Assembly (NCBI GenBank): GCA_951406725.2
Contig: OX597839.1
Span: 1,550,001-1,614,000 of the forward strand
Reading direction: 5' to 3'
DNA length: 64,000 nucleotides
DNA from: Octopus vulgaris
Taxonomy: Eukaryota
The translations under genes and the position numbers were made by a program. Below, piece after piece: positions 1 to 64,000 of this stretch; position 1 is the stretch's first letter; each line of letters starts with the position of its first letter. The notes beneath the pieces were generated by a model. The model was given only the letters and a program-made list of their open reading frames with translations. It was not told where the DNA came from and did not search any database.

Positions 1-1030
1 TTTTATGTTATTATTATTGATCTTAGCTATTAAAGTGGACATATTTGGGAGGGTTGAATAAGAAATTCTGACTGTTTTTTTAGAAATAATTTTATGATAT
101 CTATGAGAGGATGGGAAATTTTTTTCTAGAATTGTTTTGAATCTACTCTGAATATCTGATGAAACCGCACAGTTAAAAGGGATGTTTAGCCATATTATGT
201 CTTTCTTATTAAATTTCCTAGAATTAGAGTTTGGGCTGTTAGAATTTTTCCCACTAGAGTTAGGGTTGTTAGAATCATTCCTACCATCATCAGATTCTTT
301 GTATTTATTAATGTTCTTGTTCGCATGTTTATTAGTTTTATCCAAGTTTATTTTATCCTTATTACAAGTGTTCAATGTTATGTTTTTATTAATGTTCCTA
401 ATATCATTAGGGTACTTTGTCGTTGTAAATCTATTTCTACTATCATTTCTGGCTTGGTCATTATTGTTGTCTACGTTACTAATTGTATGTTTCTTAATTT
501 TATTTAAGGTTGTCTTATCAGGGCTATCTATGTTATGGTCTATGTATTTATCCTTGTACTTATTATCATTACGATTAGATGTTGTATTGGATCCACATCT
601 ACGTATCTTTTCGGCTTGATCGTTTTTGTTGTTTATGTAGTTATTGCTATTTAAATTACTTAAATTATTTAACTTATTAGGAGTTTGTAAGTTTTCCGTA
701 TCAACAAATGTAATTTTCTGGTTATATCCTGCTCTAGATAACGCCTCATTGTAATGTCCTGAGTGTGAGTTGAATATATTAAAATTAGACGATAATTTGG
801 ATATTATCATGGAAATATTTCTAACTAAGGAATTAATTATGTTTGGGGGATGATTAGATAATTTACTTACGTAACTAGTGATTTCACCTTCTTTTCTAAA
901 TGGATAATGCTTTTTTCCTATTTGTAATCGCCCCACTTGTCGTATGGTTAACACCATATAGATTTCCGGTGCATCCTAGTTAAGGACCATATTCATGTGA
1001 ATTCATTAGAATTCACTTGAATCTCAATTA
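1..1030 (-). mobile_element. Penelope-like retroelement fragment (post-RT region and linker)
   Basis: Minus strand encodes YVSKLSNHPPNIINSLVRNISMIISKLSSN...HYNEALSRAGY, paralogous to 13991-14314; hammerhead-like motif at about 950-1000. Confidence 0.8.
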
Positions 1031-1038
1031 CTTAAACC

Positions 1039-1104
<66 letters not shown>

Positions 1105-1599
1105 CATTATTTATTACACATACGCACACATAAATATACATAATTATATATGTACATACATCCATACATATATGTACATATATAAACACACGCATATAAT
1201 ATGTATATATATATATATATTTGTGTGTGTGTGTGTTTGTGTGTATGTACGTGTGAGTGTGTGTGTGTGTATAAGCCAAAACTTAACACTTCTAATATTC
1301 TGTTCTATCAAAACAAAATAATGTTTAATTGATAAAACCTTATTATTCCCAACATTTTTTATTATCTCCCTTATAGCAAAAAAAATTCCTGATTACCTCC
1401 CTTCGTCTGGAACTCTCCTACTTCACACCATGATGAAGGGATGACACAAAATCGGAAAAGAAGTTTGAAAAATTTCGAAAGAAATACAAACAAAGCTTTA
1501 TAACATTTTCTAACACGACAATTTAATGTAATCTTTAACCATATAATACAAGTTTTCTGTAGTTTTTTTAATTCTATTTCGTCTTTTATGTATATATAT

Positions 1600-1812
1600 A
1601 TAAAGTTAATCCAAACATGTAAACACAAAGAGAAAACACAACAACGCGAGGACATGGAACAAGTATAGTATTATAGGACACTCAGGAAAGGAGGAAAGAA
1701 GGATGGTTTAACGTTTCGAGCGGAGCTCTTCGTCAGAAACATAGGAAAAGGAAAGATCCAAAGAAGGGAAGACGGAGGAAAAAATCGCCAACGGTACACA
1801 CGCGGTCACACA
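1600..1812 (-). mobile_element. Short non-autonomous repeat carrying a minimal hammerhead motif (Penelope pseudo-LTR-like)
   Basis: Related copies at about 7340-7520 (-), 19270-19435 (-) and 51500-51712 (+); contains GTTT-CTGACGA-A-GAGCtccGCTC-GAAACGTT-AAAC at 1706-1740. Confidence 0.7.
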
Positions 1813-1958
1813 TATGTTTGTATATATCACAGACAGTGATCCCAGTGACTGACCAGGCGATCAGATGTTGCTACACATCGCTGGTCACAATGCGCTTCGC
1901 ATTGTTTTAGCCTTCAAATGACGCTACCCCGCTGGCTAAGCCACCAGGCCAATGTATG

Positions 1959-2009
<51 letters not shown>

Positions 2010-2077
2010 GTATGTATGTATATATGTGCATATCTGTACATGTATATTTATATATACATATATACATATACACATTC

Positions 2078-2111
<34 letters not shown>

Positions 2112-2372
2112 ATGGATGGATGGATGCGTGTTTGCATGCCCGTATGAGTGTCTATATGAAATCACATTTGTAACTTCGACGCAAACATAATATCATTCAA
2201 TCATACGCTTATGGGAATGGATTAGAAAGATTTTCAAAGTTTTAATCAGCAAAAAGATGACGGTTAGATGAAAAATGAAAATGTCTTTAATAAAATATCT
2301 TTATACATCTTCTATATTGCTACAATGGTTTATAAACACTGTGTTACATCTGTTACATTCATAGTTTGTTCT

Positions 2373-2378
2373 TTTATT
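2373..2378 (-). terminator. Candidate polyadenylation signal (AATAAA) of gene A
   Basis: AATAAA on the minus strand about 60 nt after the stop; also present at the equivalent site after genes B and C. Confidence 0.5.
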
Positions 2379-2435
2379 CATTAATTCACACGTAATTTTA
2401 CAAGAATGATTTGATACAGATGTACATTGAGCCTT

Positions 2436-32374
<29,939 letters not shown>

Positions 32375-33603
32375 CGTTACTCCTCTCTCTTCGGCGAATT
32401 ACGTTTTAGTTGGGAAACTAAACAAGTTGACTTTTATACACGCTTTACTCACACTTTAACCCTCTCTCTCTACCTTTTCCCCCCATTTCTCTTTCCTTAT
32501 ATCCCTCTGTCTCACCCTCCCTCTCTCTTTCTCTCTCTCTCTCTTTCTCACTTTATATCAAACCCTTCCTCTTCCTACATCTCGTCAATTTTTTCTCACA
32601 CTTTCCCTCTATGTCTGACAAACACCCTCATACACACACATACACGCACTTACACACATGTATACGGCACAAACACACCGTCTTTCCCTCCCTTCCCACT
32701 TTCTTACTCTCTCTCTCTCTCTCTCCCTATTTCTCTTCTCTCACTCTTGCAGTCTGTATTTCTCATTATCTCTCATATGCACACCACGCGAGTACATACG
32801 CACGCACATGCACACACTCCTGCCCCCTTTACTCACTTCTCTCTCTCTCTCTCCCCCTCCCCTTCGTGTATCTTTCATTATCTCAATCGTTACGCATCCC
32901 CTTCTGTGTGCCCCGTTCTCACTCTCTCTCTCTTTCTCTATCTCTTTCACACTCACACACGTACACACATACACACACAGATCTATATACAGATCTATCT
33001 ATTCTATTGCGCAACATATCGTTCACTACACCAGCGACCACCACCATCAACACAATCACCAACAACAACAACACCACCTTCCCCAACAACTGTATTCCCA
33101 CCACCACCCTCTACTGTTCTTTGTATTAATCTTACTGACTAATGCCTGCGAATTATTACATAACAAATGGGTAACTCGGTGTGTATTGCGTAATCTAAAC
33201 TCATATGTCAAAACACATTGACTTTATCTTCCACTCTTCTTATTCGTCACAGTCACTGGACTTTGACCCAGCTGGAGCAACATTTCGAAAGTTTTAATTG
33301 AAAAAAACCGTGCTTCCTTCTCGCTGCCCTCAAGAACTTCAGTTTTGTTTTGACTTTGTGTATGTGCGTGCGTGTGTGTGTGTGTGTGTGTTTGTGTCTG
33401 TGTCTGTGCTTGCTCTTGTTGTTATTGTTGTTGTTACAGATCATGATGATGATGATGATGGTAATGTTGTTGTTTTCAGATCTGGAACTTATTCTATCAA
33501 TTCTCTGTAGATGAATCGCCAGGGGATATATAAATGTGTGAAATTGCTGCGTATAAACGATGTGTATGAAAGCGTATGTACAAAATACATGAAGGAAATA
33601 TGA

Positions 33604-33654
<51 letters not shown>

Positions 33655-33656
<2 letters not shown>

Positions 33657-34620
33657 GCGTTCTTGTCTCAGTTTGTATTTTGCTACATATCATAATATAT
33701 ATTCCTGACGTCACGTATCCTCCTTAACACTTATGTGAGCACATATTCTTGTAAATTTGGTACGACTCTACACTTTGTTTGTTTGTCTCTCTCTCTCTCT
33801 TACAATTACTTCGTATTCTACGTTGATCTGTCCCCTTCTCTCTCTTTTCTCTCTACTCATCCCTCTTTTTCTCTTCTCTTGCCTCTGATTCTTTGGTCTA
33901 CTCTTCCCCTACCCTTCCATTTCTTTGTCTTCCTTTGCACTCACAGGTCAATCTTTGACACCCATCCCTTCTACCCTCTCTAATTCCTTCTTTCTCTCTA
34001 TTTTCCCCCCTTGTTGCTTTCGTCCCTCTTCTCTCTCTCTTCCTTCTTTTCTCCCTTCTCTGTCACGTGACTGCTGGCCAAAATCTGCCTTTCGGCCTCT
34101 GACCAGCGCCGTGATAACATCGTTGTCCTCGTTCGCCGCTAAGGCAATTCGCCGCTAAGGCAATTCGCCGCTAAGGCAATTCGCCGCTAAGGCAATTTTT
34201 CCAAAATACGCCAGCCAGACCTGTTTGCACTGTTATTAGTCGTAAGACACTTGCTGTTTTTACCATTATTGCTTTTGTATTCCACGTTTTTGTATTTCAT
34301 TATTGTTTTTTGTTTTTTGTTTTTTATATTCGTGTGGCACCGTCCGTTTTGCTGTCTTTGTGTTCGTATGCATTCGATCCTTCTTCCAGGAAATCTACGC
34401 TCCTAGCTTAGTTTTTCTAATGCTCGTTGCTTAGTTTTTCCTGGAGGACTGGCCGATTCTAGTAATCTCAAGATTAATCAGCCGAAATTACTACGATGAT
34501 CCGGTTCTTGACTGAAGACTGAGGGCTTCGAATGTCCTGTCTGTGTTTGTTGTATCGTCTTCTAAGTTTTTATGCGTTCTTGTCTCAGTTTGTATTTTTC
34601 TACATATCATAATATATATA
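33655..34620 (+). mobile_element. Non-autonomous repeat with a ~46-bp terminal direct repeat and an internal 4 x 16-bp minisatellite
   Basis: ATGCGTTCTTGTCTCAGTTTGTATTTT..CTACATATCATAAT at both ends; (TTCGCCGCTAAGGCAA)4 at 34132-34197; related copy at 60740-61470. Confidence 0.65.
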
Positions 34621-34728
34621 TATATATATATAACAAGGTAACTAAAAATTAAAAAGAAATAAGATAGTTAAACTATTAAGGGTAAAAGGAATAACGTCCC
34701 TCGTAAAGTGCAAGAAGAAATTCAAGTC

Positions 34729-34804
34729 TACGGCCGTTTCAGGGGCCACTGCCAGAATCTATTAACACATTGAAATACCACACCGGCAATGGCTCCTTCA
34801 TCAG
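34729..34804 (-). ncRNA. Hammerhead-like motif with long stem II
   Basis: CUGAUGA-AGGAGCCAUUGCCGG...CUGGCAGUGGCCCCU-GAA-ACggccGU-A; stem I weak. Confidence 0.6.
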
Positions 34805-35754
34805 AAAAAAGCAATATCTTCACCACAGAGGTTTCACATTCTGGTAATCCATCATTATTACAAGCAAAGAGGAAACATTTATATAGAGTGTGTAACACTT
34901 AATAGGCCAACGAATTTTAAAAATTAACAATTAAAAACTTAAAGACGACTTCTAAAATACAAAATTTTGTTAAAAACACTAAGATTAAAACCTGTTCTAT
35001 GTGACACATTCGACCAATATCCGAAGCTTCAAAGTGTTTAGTTAAAAAAAAAAATTTTTAAGTTTGTCCGTCAAATTGAGTAGAGCCATTAAAGTCAAAA
35101 CTTAACCACTTCTAACATTCTATACTATCAAAACTAAATCATGTTAAATTGATAAAGCCTAATCCTTCCCAACATTTTTTTGTTATCTCCTTTCTACCGA
35201 AAAATCTCTGATTACCTACCCCTGGTTGAAACTCTCCTACTTCACACCACAACGAAGAGATGACACAATATCGGGAAAGAAATTTGAGAAATTTTAAAAG
35301 AAAGCGGTTATTTCTCCCAAAACAATGTCACTTACATACAAGATTTTATAACATTTTTCTAACATGATGATTTAAATATATTCTTTAACCTTATAATACA
35401 AGTCTTCTGTAGTTTTTTCATTCTATTTTGTCGAAATATATACATACGCATGTTTGCATGAATAAGTGTCTGTATGTAATCACATTTGTAACTTCGACGC
35501 AAACATAATACCATTCGATCATACGCTTATGGGAATGGATTAGAAAGATTTTCAAAGTTTTAATCAGCAAAAAGATGACGGTTAGATGAAAAATGAAAAT
35601 TTCTTTAATAAAAATATCTTTATATATCTTCTATATTGCTACAATGGTTTATAAACACTGTGTTACATTTGTTACATTCATAGTTTGTTCTTTTATTCAT
35701 TAATTCACACGTAATTTTACAAGGTTGATTTGATACAGATGTACATTGAGCCTT

Positions 35755-56553
<20,799 letters not shown>

Positions 56554-56739
56554 CGTTATTCCTCCTTCTTCGGTGAATTAAGTTTTAGTTAGGTGAAACT
56601 AAACAGGAAGTTGCCTTTTTATACACTCACACTTCAACCCCATATCTCTGCTTTTTTCCCTCACGTGTCTCTTACTTTCTCTTTCTCTATTTGTCCATAT
56701 ATCCCTCTTTCTCACCCTCTCCCTCTCTCTCTCTTTCTT

Positions 56740-56774
<35 letters not shown>

Positions 56775-56836
56775 TTCTCACTTTTTATATCAAACTGTTC
56801 CTATATATAACATTCATCAATATATACATATATATA

Positions 56837-57007
56837 GGCGCAGGAGTGGCTGTGTGGTAAGTAGCTTGCTAACCAACCACATGGTTGCGGGTTCAGTCCC
56901 ACTGCGTGGCATCTTGGGCAAGTGTCTTCTGCTATAGCCCCGGGTTGACCAATGCCTTGTGAGTGGATTTGGTAGACGGAAACTGAAAGAAGCCTGTCGT
57001 ATATATG

Positions 57008-57083
<76 letters not shown>

Positions 57084-57284
57084 TGTGTCTGTGTTTGTCC
57101 CCCTAGCATTGCTTGACAACCGATGCTGGTGTGTTTACGTCCTCCGTAACTTAGCGGTTCGGCAAAAGAGACCGATAGAATAAGCACTGGGCTTACAAAG
57201 AATAAGTCCCGGGATCGATTTGCTCGACTAAAGGCGGTGCTCCAGCATGGCCGCAGTCAAATGACTGAAACAAGTAAAAAGAGT
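56837..57284 (+). mobile_element. tRNA-derived CORE-type SINE, full length
   Basis: A-box TGGCTGTGTGG, B-box GGTTCAGTCCC, CORE-like TGGCA(C/T)CTTGGGCAAGTG, internal (TA)(TG) tract; several copies in the window. Confidence 0.9.
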
Positions 57285-57548
57285 ATATATATGAATCTTT
57301 ATGTATATACACAAACTTACGCACATATACATACATATGTACTGTAACACCCTGACCTTCAGTTTTATAGTCAATTAGAATTTATTTCCTGTGAATGCAC
57401 AATTTTGTAATTATAAGGGAAAATATCAACTTGCTCTTGGAGTATAGCATTTTAGAATTGGTGTAGCCTGTCCGCTAGCTATTAAGTAGATGATCTATTA
57501 ATTGGATTCTTATACGATAGAACTTTCATACGATGCACATGTACCACA

Positions 57549-57670
<122 letters not shown>

Positions 57671-57859
57671 CATGCATACATACATTGTGTGCTTGTATTT
57701 AATTTGATACAGCCAAACCAGCGCATAATGGGAAGATATTCCTGAAGTAAGATACCCCTCAAATGTGACTACAAACGGAATAAAACAAGTTTTGCGTAAA
57801 TCGGACCACGGAATCCCGATATACACGGTTTTTTGGGGTATCTTCATAAGTAGCAAACA

Positions 57860-58408
57860 ACGGCGCATAATGGAAATATACTCCAAAAGTAACATAACCT
57901 GAAAAGGAAGAAACTAACATTTTGATTATCAAGAGACATTATGATCAATGTCTTCAAAATCTTGAAGACAAACTTAACGACCAGGACAAGAATTTTCTGA
58001 GACGTTAACTTGCCAACGCCAAATAGTATTGTCCCTAATCAGGATATTGGCAATTTGGTGTTATTGCCTGAGTTGTATGACACAAAGAAGAGCAGCGACG
58101 ATTTATAGAAGGAGAGGGTCCCTCTATTGAATAATGAGCAAAAACATGTGTACGACTTTGTTTCTAACAGTTTAGAGATGAACAAATCTGCATTGATTTT
58201 CATTGAGGCTACAGGTGGAACAGGAATAGCATTCCTTATAAATAATCAATAAAACTTTCAACATGAACCAGAACTATGATTACACCAACGAATTGAAATA
58301 ATTACATGAATCACCATAAATTGACTTTCATTTAAATGCAATGTTGAAATCAGCTTCAATGTTTTATAAACTCAAACGTCAGTGACCCGGTGGGTCTTGG
58401 GTAGTCTT
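57860..58408 (+). mobile_element. Second copy of the Helitron derivative at 6636-7255
   Basis: Near-identical helicase remnant; 3' hairpin and CTAG degenerate. Confidence 0.85.
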
Positions 58409-59630
58409 ATATATATATATATATATATCAAAGCAATTATAAATCTCTGAGCGAAACAGTAGCTGCACAACATCGTGAAGTATATTTGCCATCTAAATGT
58501 TCCTAACCCTCAAGGGCAGATGCTACTGCAGCTTGTAGCCCCAGCAAGACATGTCCTCCAGCTGACACTATCTGTGCCTTATCAGTATTTGCAAAGGCAA
58601 AAAGGATATATATTTGCATTGAGAACCACTTCCCTTTGACAACCAATAAACTCGGATCCGTGTGTATCACATCAGTCTGGAAATGGGAACAATGACTTAC
58701 TATTCTCCCCATTCCTCACCCTCTTGTACTATCTTATATCTTTACTCACCCCTACACCCTCAATAATACTTTAAAAAGAGAAAAAAATTCCTGCAAAAGT
58801 TAAATAAAAATCACGAAAATAGAGATATATCACATTGATAAAATGTATTAATTGCAAAAATCAAACATATTCACTCACAGCCGTTTTGAGTATGCCTGCT
58901 TGATTGTAATAGTAAATATTAAGAACATTGTATTAGGCAAAATCTCCTCAGAGAAGTAGAAATATATAAAAGGATATACCGTCAATTTTTATGTGCGTTA
59001 TGTTTTTGAATCAACACGACAGACTGAATATTATGTTATGGCAAATATTGGTATAAATCTAGGTAGGGGGTGATAGGATACTTTATTAGATAATTATCAA
59101 TTTGTGAGTATAGTTATGATAGTAATTATGTTCACAGCGGTTTCAAGGTGACATCTGCCGGTCGAGGTGATCAAGGTTGTCAAGGTGACATATATATTTA
59201 CCGACTAGCTACAACATAGCTAAGTGGATTCGATACCGAATCCACATTTATATTTACTGTCAAATTTCCGGTCTTTCGTTTTCTTCTCTCTGCAGTTACA
59301 GATTAAGGAGGATGAGTTGATCTCTGAGACCTCTTCATGGAAGGCTCAGAAAGATAATTCTGGAGAAATGGATTTTTTTAGATTGATCTACTTTAATATG
59401 AAAAGAAGTCGGGGAGTCAGCAAACTGTAAAGACGAAGACTTTAATCACCAAACTTAACAAATACCAAGGGAAATGTAAAAGCCATTTTCCTAATTAATT
59501 CTTCTTCATTCATTTCTCCGCTGCATCATCATCATCATCGTCGTCGTCGTCGTCGTCGTCATCATCATCATCATCATCATTCAAACTTCGTCCCTGCAGA
59601 TTGCTGACTTCCCGACTTCTTTTCAAATTA

Positions 59631-59849
<219 letters not shown>

Positions 59850-59939
59850 CTACATACATACATACATACATACATACATACATACATACATACATACACA
59901 CATATACACACACATATACATGCATAGTGATGATAGTAA

Positions 59940-60480
59940 CACCGATCGTCAAAGCATTTAATTATGGACAAATAACCGAATTATTACCACCACCACCCCT
60001 CTTTGAAGTGTATGCATTTGCAACCTGATGCACAAAAGGTATAGAGATGCGGGAAAAGCCGTAAAATATGAAAACCGACGCAGACTTTGTAGAGTTCACA
60101 CTGAAAATATCACCCACATCATAAGCAGTTGTCCAAAAATGTCATCACGGTTTTATCTACCGACGAGACATGACGTTGTAGCTAGGACACTCTATAATGA
60201 AATCCGTCGGAAGGATAATCCCGAGGACAAAGAAATAAAAACCTACAATATGGTAGAAGCCATAGCCACTCACGATGGAAAGGAATACTGGTGGAATGTA
60301 CCAGTGAAGACCTCAATAAAATGTAAGCACAACAGACCTGATATAATTATTTGAGATAGAGAAGAGAAACTGTGCTCAGTTATGGAAATTAGCTGCCCAG
60401 CGGATGTTAACATAAAGCTGAAGATCAGTGAAAAAGAAAATACCTATGCTGAACTATTGAGAAATCTACGGTTACTGTAA
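59940..60480 (+). mobile_element. RLE-type non-LTR retrotransposon fragment
   Basis: RLC..ENITHIISSC zinc-knuckle remnant, RHDVVA, YWWN, NRPDIII..EISCP (PD-(D/E)xK nuclease). Confidence 0.85.
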
Positions 60481-61475
60481 TTCATACCTGTAGATGGTAC
60501 TGATACACTTTTTTTACATTTTTCGGCGATAGTTTTTTATATTATCTACTCCTATCATTGAATTTTGCGAATATTTAATCATTTAAACATGTTCTCTAAT
60601 TCTCCATTTTAAAGTGTTACAATCCCATTGTATTATATCATTGATAAGCAAAATCTAGTTGAAACTAGTTTGATATGTTGTAAATAAATATATTTTAAAA
60701 AATTTACAAGATTTTCAAGTTCAGGTGCATTTTCAGAAACAAATACTCAGATGTGTGTTTGTGCGCATGCGTGTATGTGCATCTGGCTGAGCGTGCTTGT
60801 GTACATATATATATATATATTTCCTTTCTTTCCCTCTCCATCCGTCTTCCCCCCCCCTTCTACGTTTCTCTATCTCTCTCACCTCCAGCCCCCTCGATCT
60901 GTCTCTTTCTTCTCCTCCCTCGTCCACCTTCTCTCTCTTTTCATCTGTCCCTTTCTCCTGTCTTTTGTTCTCACGTGACCGCTAGCCGCTGTTGAGCGCT
61001 CTTTTCGTTCCAGCAGCCGCCGAAGCAACACGTATTTGTTCGTCTCCCTGCGGCCATTAGGCACAACTTCATAAGCCAGCCCCATACTCAACTCGTCCTG
61101 TCGAAAGACCCTTGTCCTACGTCCTGGTTTTGTTTTGTTGTTTATTTTTTATTTTTACCGTTATTGTTTTTACGTTTTTGTATTCTTATTGGTGTCACGT
61201 ATTCTGTATTTTTGTTCGTGTACTTCGTTCGTTTTCCGTCCTCGTGTTGTATACATTCGAAGCTTTCTTCCAGGGGATCTAATGCGCTTGGCTTAGATTT
61301 CCCTTGGCGGGCTGCCCATATCGGAGCAATCTCAAGATTAATCAGCCGAAATTGCTAAGATGATCTGGTTCTTGACTGATGACTGAGGGCTTCGAATGTC
61401 CCGTCCTGTGGTTCTTGTGTCGTCTCTGTGGTGTTTCATGTTCTTGTCCATGTCTGTAATTATTTTTACTGTTTA

Positions 61476-61649
<174 letters not shown>

Positions 61650-61931
61650 TACATATATATATCCATATGACTTTGACCGCAAGAATAACACCGAAAGATC
61701 ATGAGAGTAAGGAAATGGATTACAAAGTTTTTCAAAGTTTTAATCAGAAAAAAAAGACTATGGTTAGATGAGAAACGAAAATATCTTTAATAAAAATACA
61801 TTTACATAGATTTTATACCGGTACAATGGTAGATAAGCACTTTCTGTGCTACATTTGTCGTTTGTTCTTTTATTCATTAATTCACACGTAACTTTATAAG
61901 CGTGATTTGATACAGATATACATTGAGCCTT

Positions 61932-62006
61932 TTATCTTCGTTCAAACTTCACCCAAACACCGTTTTTAGCAGCCAATAGGACAGTGTCGTCCAATATAAG
62001 AGGGTT
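61932..62006 (-). CDS. Terminal exon of a third tandem CYP3A-like paralog (gene C); the rest presumably lies beyond the window end
   Basis: NPLILDDTVLLAAKNGVWVKFERR* with ttgcag acceptor; 3'UTR and last intron are homologous to gene B. Confidence 0.88.
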   Translation of the reverse strand, partial: NPLILDDTVLLAAKNGVWVKFERR

Positions 62007-62333
62007 CTGCAATAGAAAATTTGGAATATTATAATTCTTTAAACAATCATATATTCAACAAAAAACATAACGTTATCCCTGCACAACCTACAACCTGCTA
62101 AGCATAACATGTTCCAGTAGGGGGAATGTGATCAAGTTGATCCCGTGGACAGCAGAGCTTGCTTCAGTGTCGCTATGGCTCAATAGGCATGAGTCTGTCG
62201 AGTGAATAGTGAATAACGCTCCCGGGTGTACTGCTGACTGAATACAAGCTGGCGGTTGAAGATTGATTGTTGAAATACTCAAGACATTCAATGACCCAGA
62301 AACTATAACAGATGATGTATCCTGAACTAAAGA

Positions 62334-62758
62334 GGCGTAGGAGTGGCTGTGTGGTAAGTAGCTTGCTAACCAACCACATGGTTCCGGGTTCAGTCCCACT
62401 GCGTGGCACCTTGGACAAGTGTCTTCTACTATAGCCTCGGGTCGACCAAAGCCTTGTGAGTGGATTTGGTAGACGGAAACTGAAAGAAGCCCGTCGTATA
62501 TATGTATACATATATATATGCGTGTATGTGTGTATGTTTGTGTGTCTGTGTTTGTCCCCCCCAACATCGCTTGACAACCGATGCTGGTGTGTTTACGTCC
62601 CCGTAACTTAGCGGTTCGGCAAAAGAGACCGATAGAATAAGTACTAGGCTTAGAAAGAATAAATCCTGGAGTCGATTTGCTCGACTGAAAGGTGGTGCTC
62701 CAGCATGGCCACAGTCAAATGACCGAAACTAGTAAAAGAGTAAAAGAGTAAAAGAGTA
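62334..62758 (+). mobile_element. tRNA-derived CORE-type SINE, full length, in the gene C last intron
   Basis: Same family as 56837; the empty site is visible in gene B at about 36668 (CCTGAACTA|TATATTTTTAAAATAAT). Confidence 0.92.
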
Positions 62759-63307
62759 TATATTTTTAAAATAATGAAGTAAAAAAATTCAAAAACTTCC
62801 AATGGTCGGGAGAAATTTCACCAGGTCCGAAGTCTTTAGGAATTCGGTAACCAATGTAATATACCTTCACCGGTAGACATCGTTGCATACATTCAAGCAA
62901 TACGTACGGCTCTTGCTGAAACGAATCTGATAACAACCACAACTGATACAGAGGTTCCAAGGTATCTCGTATTGTACTCCTGATAGGACAAGGAGGAATG
63001 AATTTAAGGTGAAGCTGTCATGCACATCTTGATTCTGCAGTCGCACACAACACCTACAGTATACATAATGCCAGATGTTGTACAGCATATTATGACTGCA
63101 ACCTTGAAGGGAACCGTTGAAAGACAGAAGAGGTTTTAGCCTAACTGGATCAACACATGCATTATTTGTCTTGGTTGATTTAAGCTTAAATCAGGTTATA
63201 TTGTGCCTGAAATTTTATTTAGGAACAAAAGAAAGAAATATTTCTATCTGATTTTTGAAATATGTTGTTCGTGGAACAATTAATTTCAGGCCCATCTGCT
63301 GATACGT

Positions 63308-63680
63308 GGAAGCGCAATGGCCCAATGGTTAGGGCAGCGGACTCGCGGTTGGAGGATCGCGGTTTCGATTCCCAGACCGGGCGTTGTGTGTGTTTATTGA
63401 GCGAAAACACCTAAAGCTCCACGAGGCTCCGGCAGGGGGTGGTGGCGACCCCTGTTGTACTCTTTCGCTCCAACTTTCTCTCACTCTTTCTTCCTGTTTC
63501 CTGTCCCCGGCTTCCTACGCAACCGCTGAGCCTGAATGCGCATTCATCCAGCCGTCGATGCTCTCTGTCGGGGGTTGACCTGCTTTCTCTTCTGCGGATC
63601 TTACGAATAGCAAAGGACCACGTTTCGGACTTCTCCCATCTTGCGCGCTCTGGGACGAAGACCGTTCGCTCAACATCAAC
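63308..63680 (+). mobile_element. Second tRNA-derived SINE family
   Basis: A-box TGGCCCAATGG and B-box-like GTTTCGATTCCC followed by a GC-rich non-tRNA body. Confidence 0.7.
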
Positions 63681-64000
63681 ATCAGCTGAGACATTATACC
63701 CCAGTAGATAGCACACTAGTCTTATAAACCAGGTGGTTTCAGCCAGTAACATTTTCAAAGGAAACATTAAATTTTAGTGCAGTCACTTAGGACCACAGCT
63801 GTTTGTAGTGACTTTTGCAAACATGTCCTTGATTATAGACACAGCCACCCTCACTAGTTCTACGGATGATTCAAAAGTATCAAAAGCGTCATTTTGTGTC
63901 ACTGAACCTGAAATCATGCAATTGTGAACGAATTCCTTAAAACAAAAAAGTATTGCGATACACACAAAGGTCAGAAAATATATGTACCTTTATCCTCGTT

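Noticed and set aside
182-619. 145-aa hydrophobic ORF resembling a membrane protein
   Set aside because: It is the antisense reading of the Asn/Lys-rich linker of a minus-strand Penelope element.
34505-34540. CTGA(A/T)GA..GAA motif here and at about 61376 as a hammerhead
   Set aside because: I could not build GAAA, stem III or stem I pairing around it.
56837-56910. tRNA genes here and at about 9430, 30570, 62334 and 63308
   Set aside because: A and B boxes are present but no complete cloverleaf is evident; most continue into SINE bodies.
63783-63965. 60-aa minus-strand ORF as a gene C exon
   Set aside because: No similarity to exon 13 of genes A or B and no recognisable motif.

Overview
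AT-rich, microsatellite-dense animal DNA. The SINE, Penelope and microsatellite content suggests a coleoid cephalopod, probably Octopus (inference). The window holds a tandem, minus-strand array of clan-3 (CYP3A-like) cytochrome P450 genes. Gene A (32374->2436) and gene B (56553->35755) are complete: each has 14 coding exons, 1551 nt and 516 aa, with GT-AG introns and matching phases. Only the terminal exon of a third paralog, gene C (62006->61932), is in the window. Introns and spacers contain decayed Penelope-like elements, RLE (R4/Dong-like), RTE and CR1-like LINE fragments, tRNA-derived SINEs, Helitrons, a mariner and a Chapaev3-like transposon. Best leads: (1) a perfect 34-nt intronic antisense copy of the gene A exon-2 acceptor and coding start, plus several long near-perfect fold-backs specific to gene A, which are candidate ADAR or small-RNA substrates; (2) about 15 hammerhead-ribozyme-like motifs with different pairs at the tertiary 3-8 position, one of them intact in the sense strand of a CYP intron; (3) a mariner whose N-terminus is fused in frame to a captured Penelope GIY-YIG fragment; (4) paralog divergence concentrated in substrate-recognition sites, an R->H change at a heme-propionate ligand position in gene B, and a probable gene-conversion tract. 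All alignments were done by eye.
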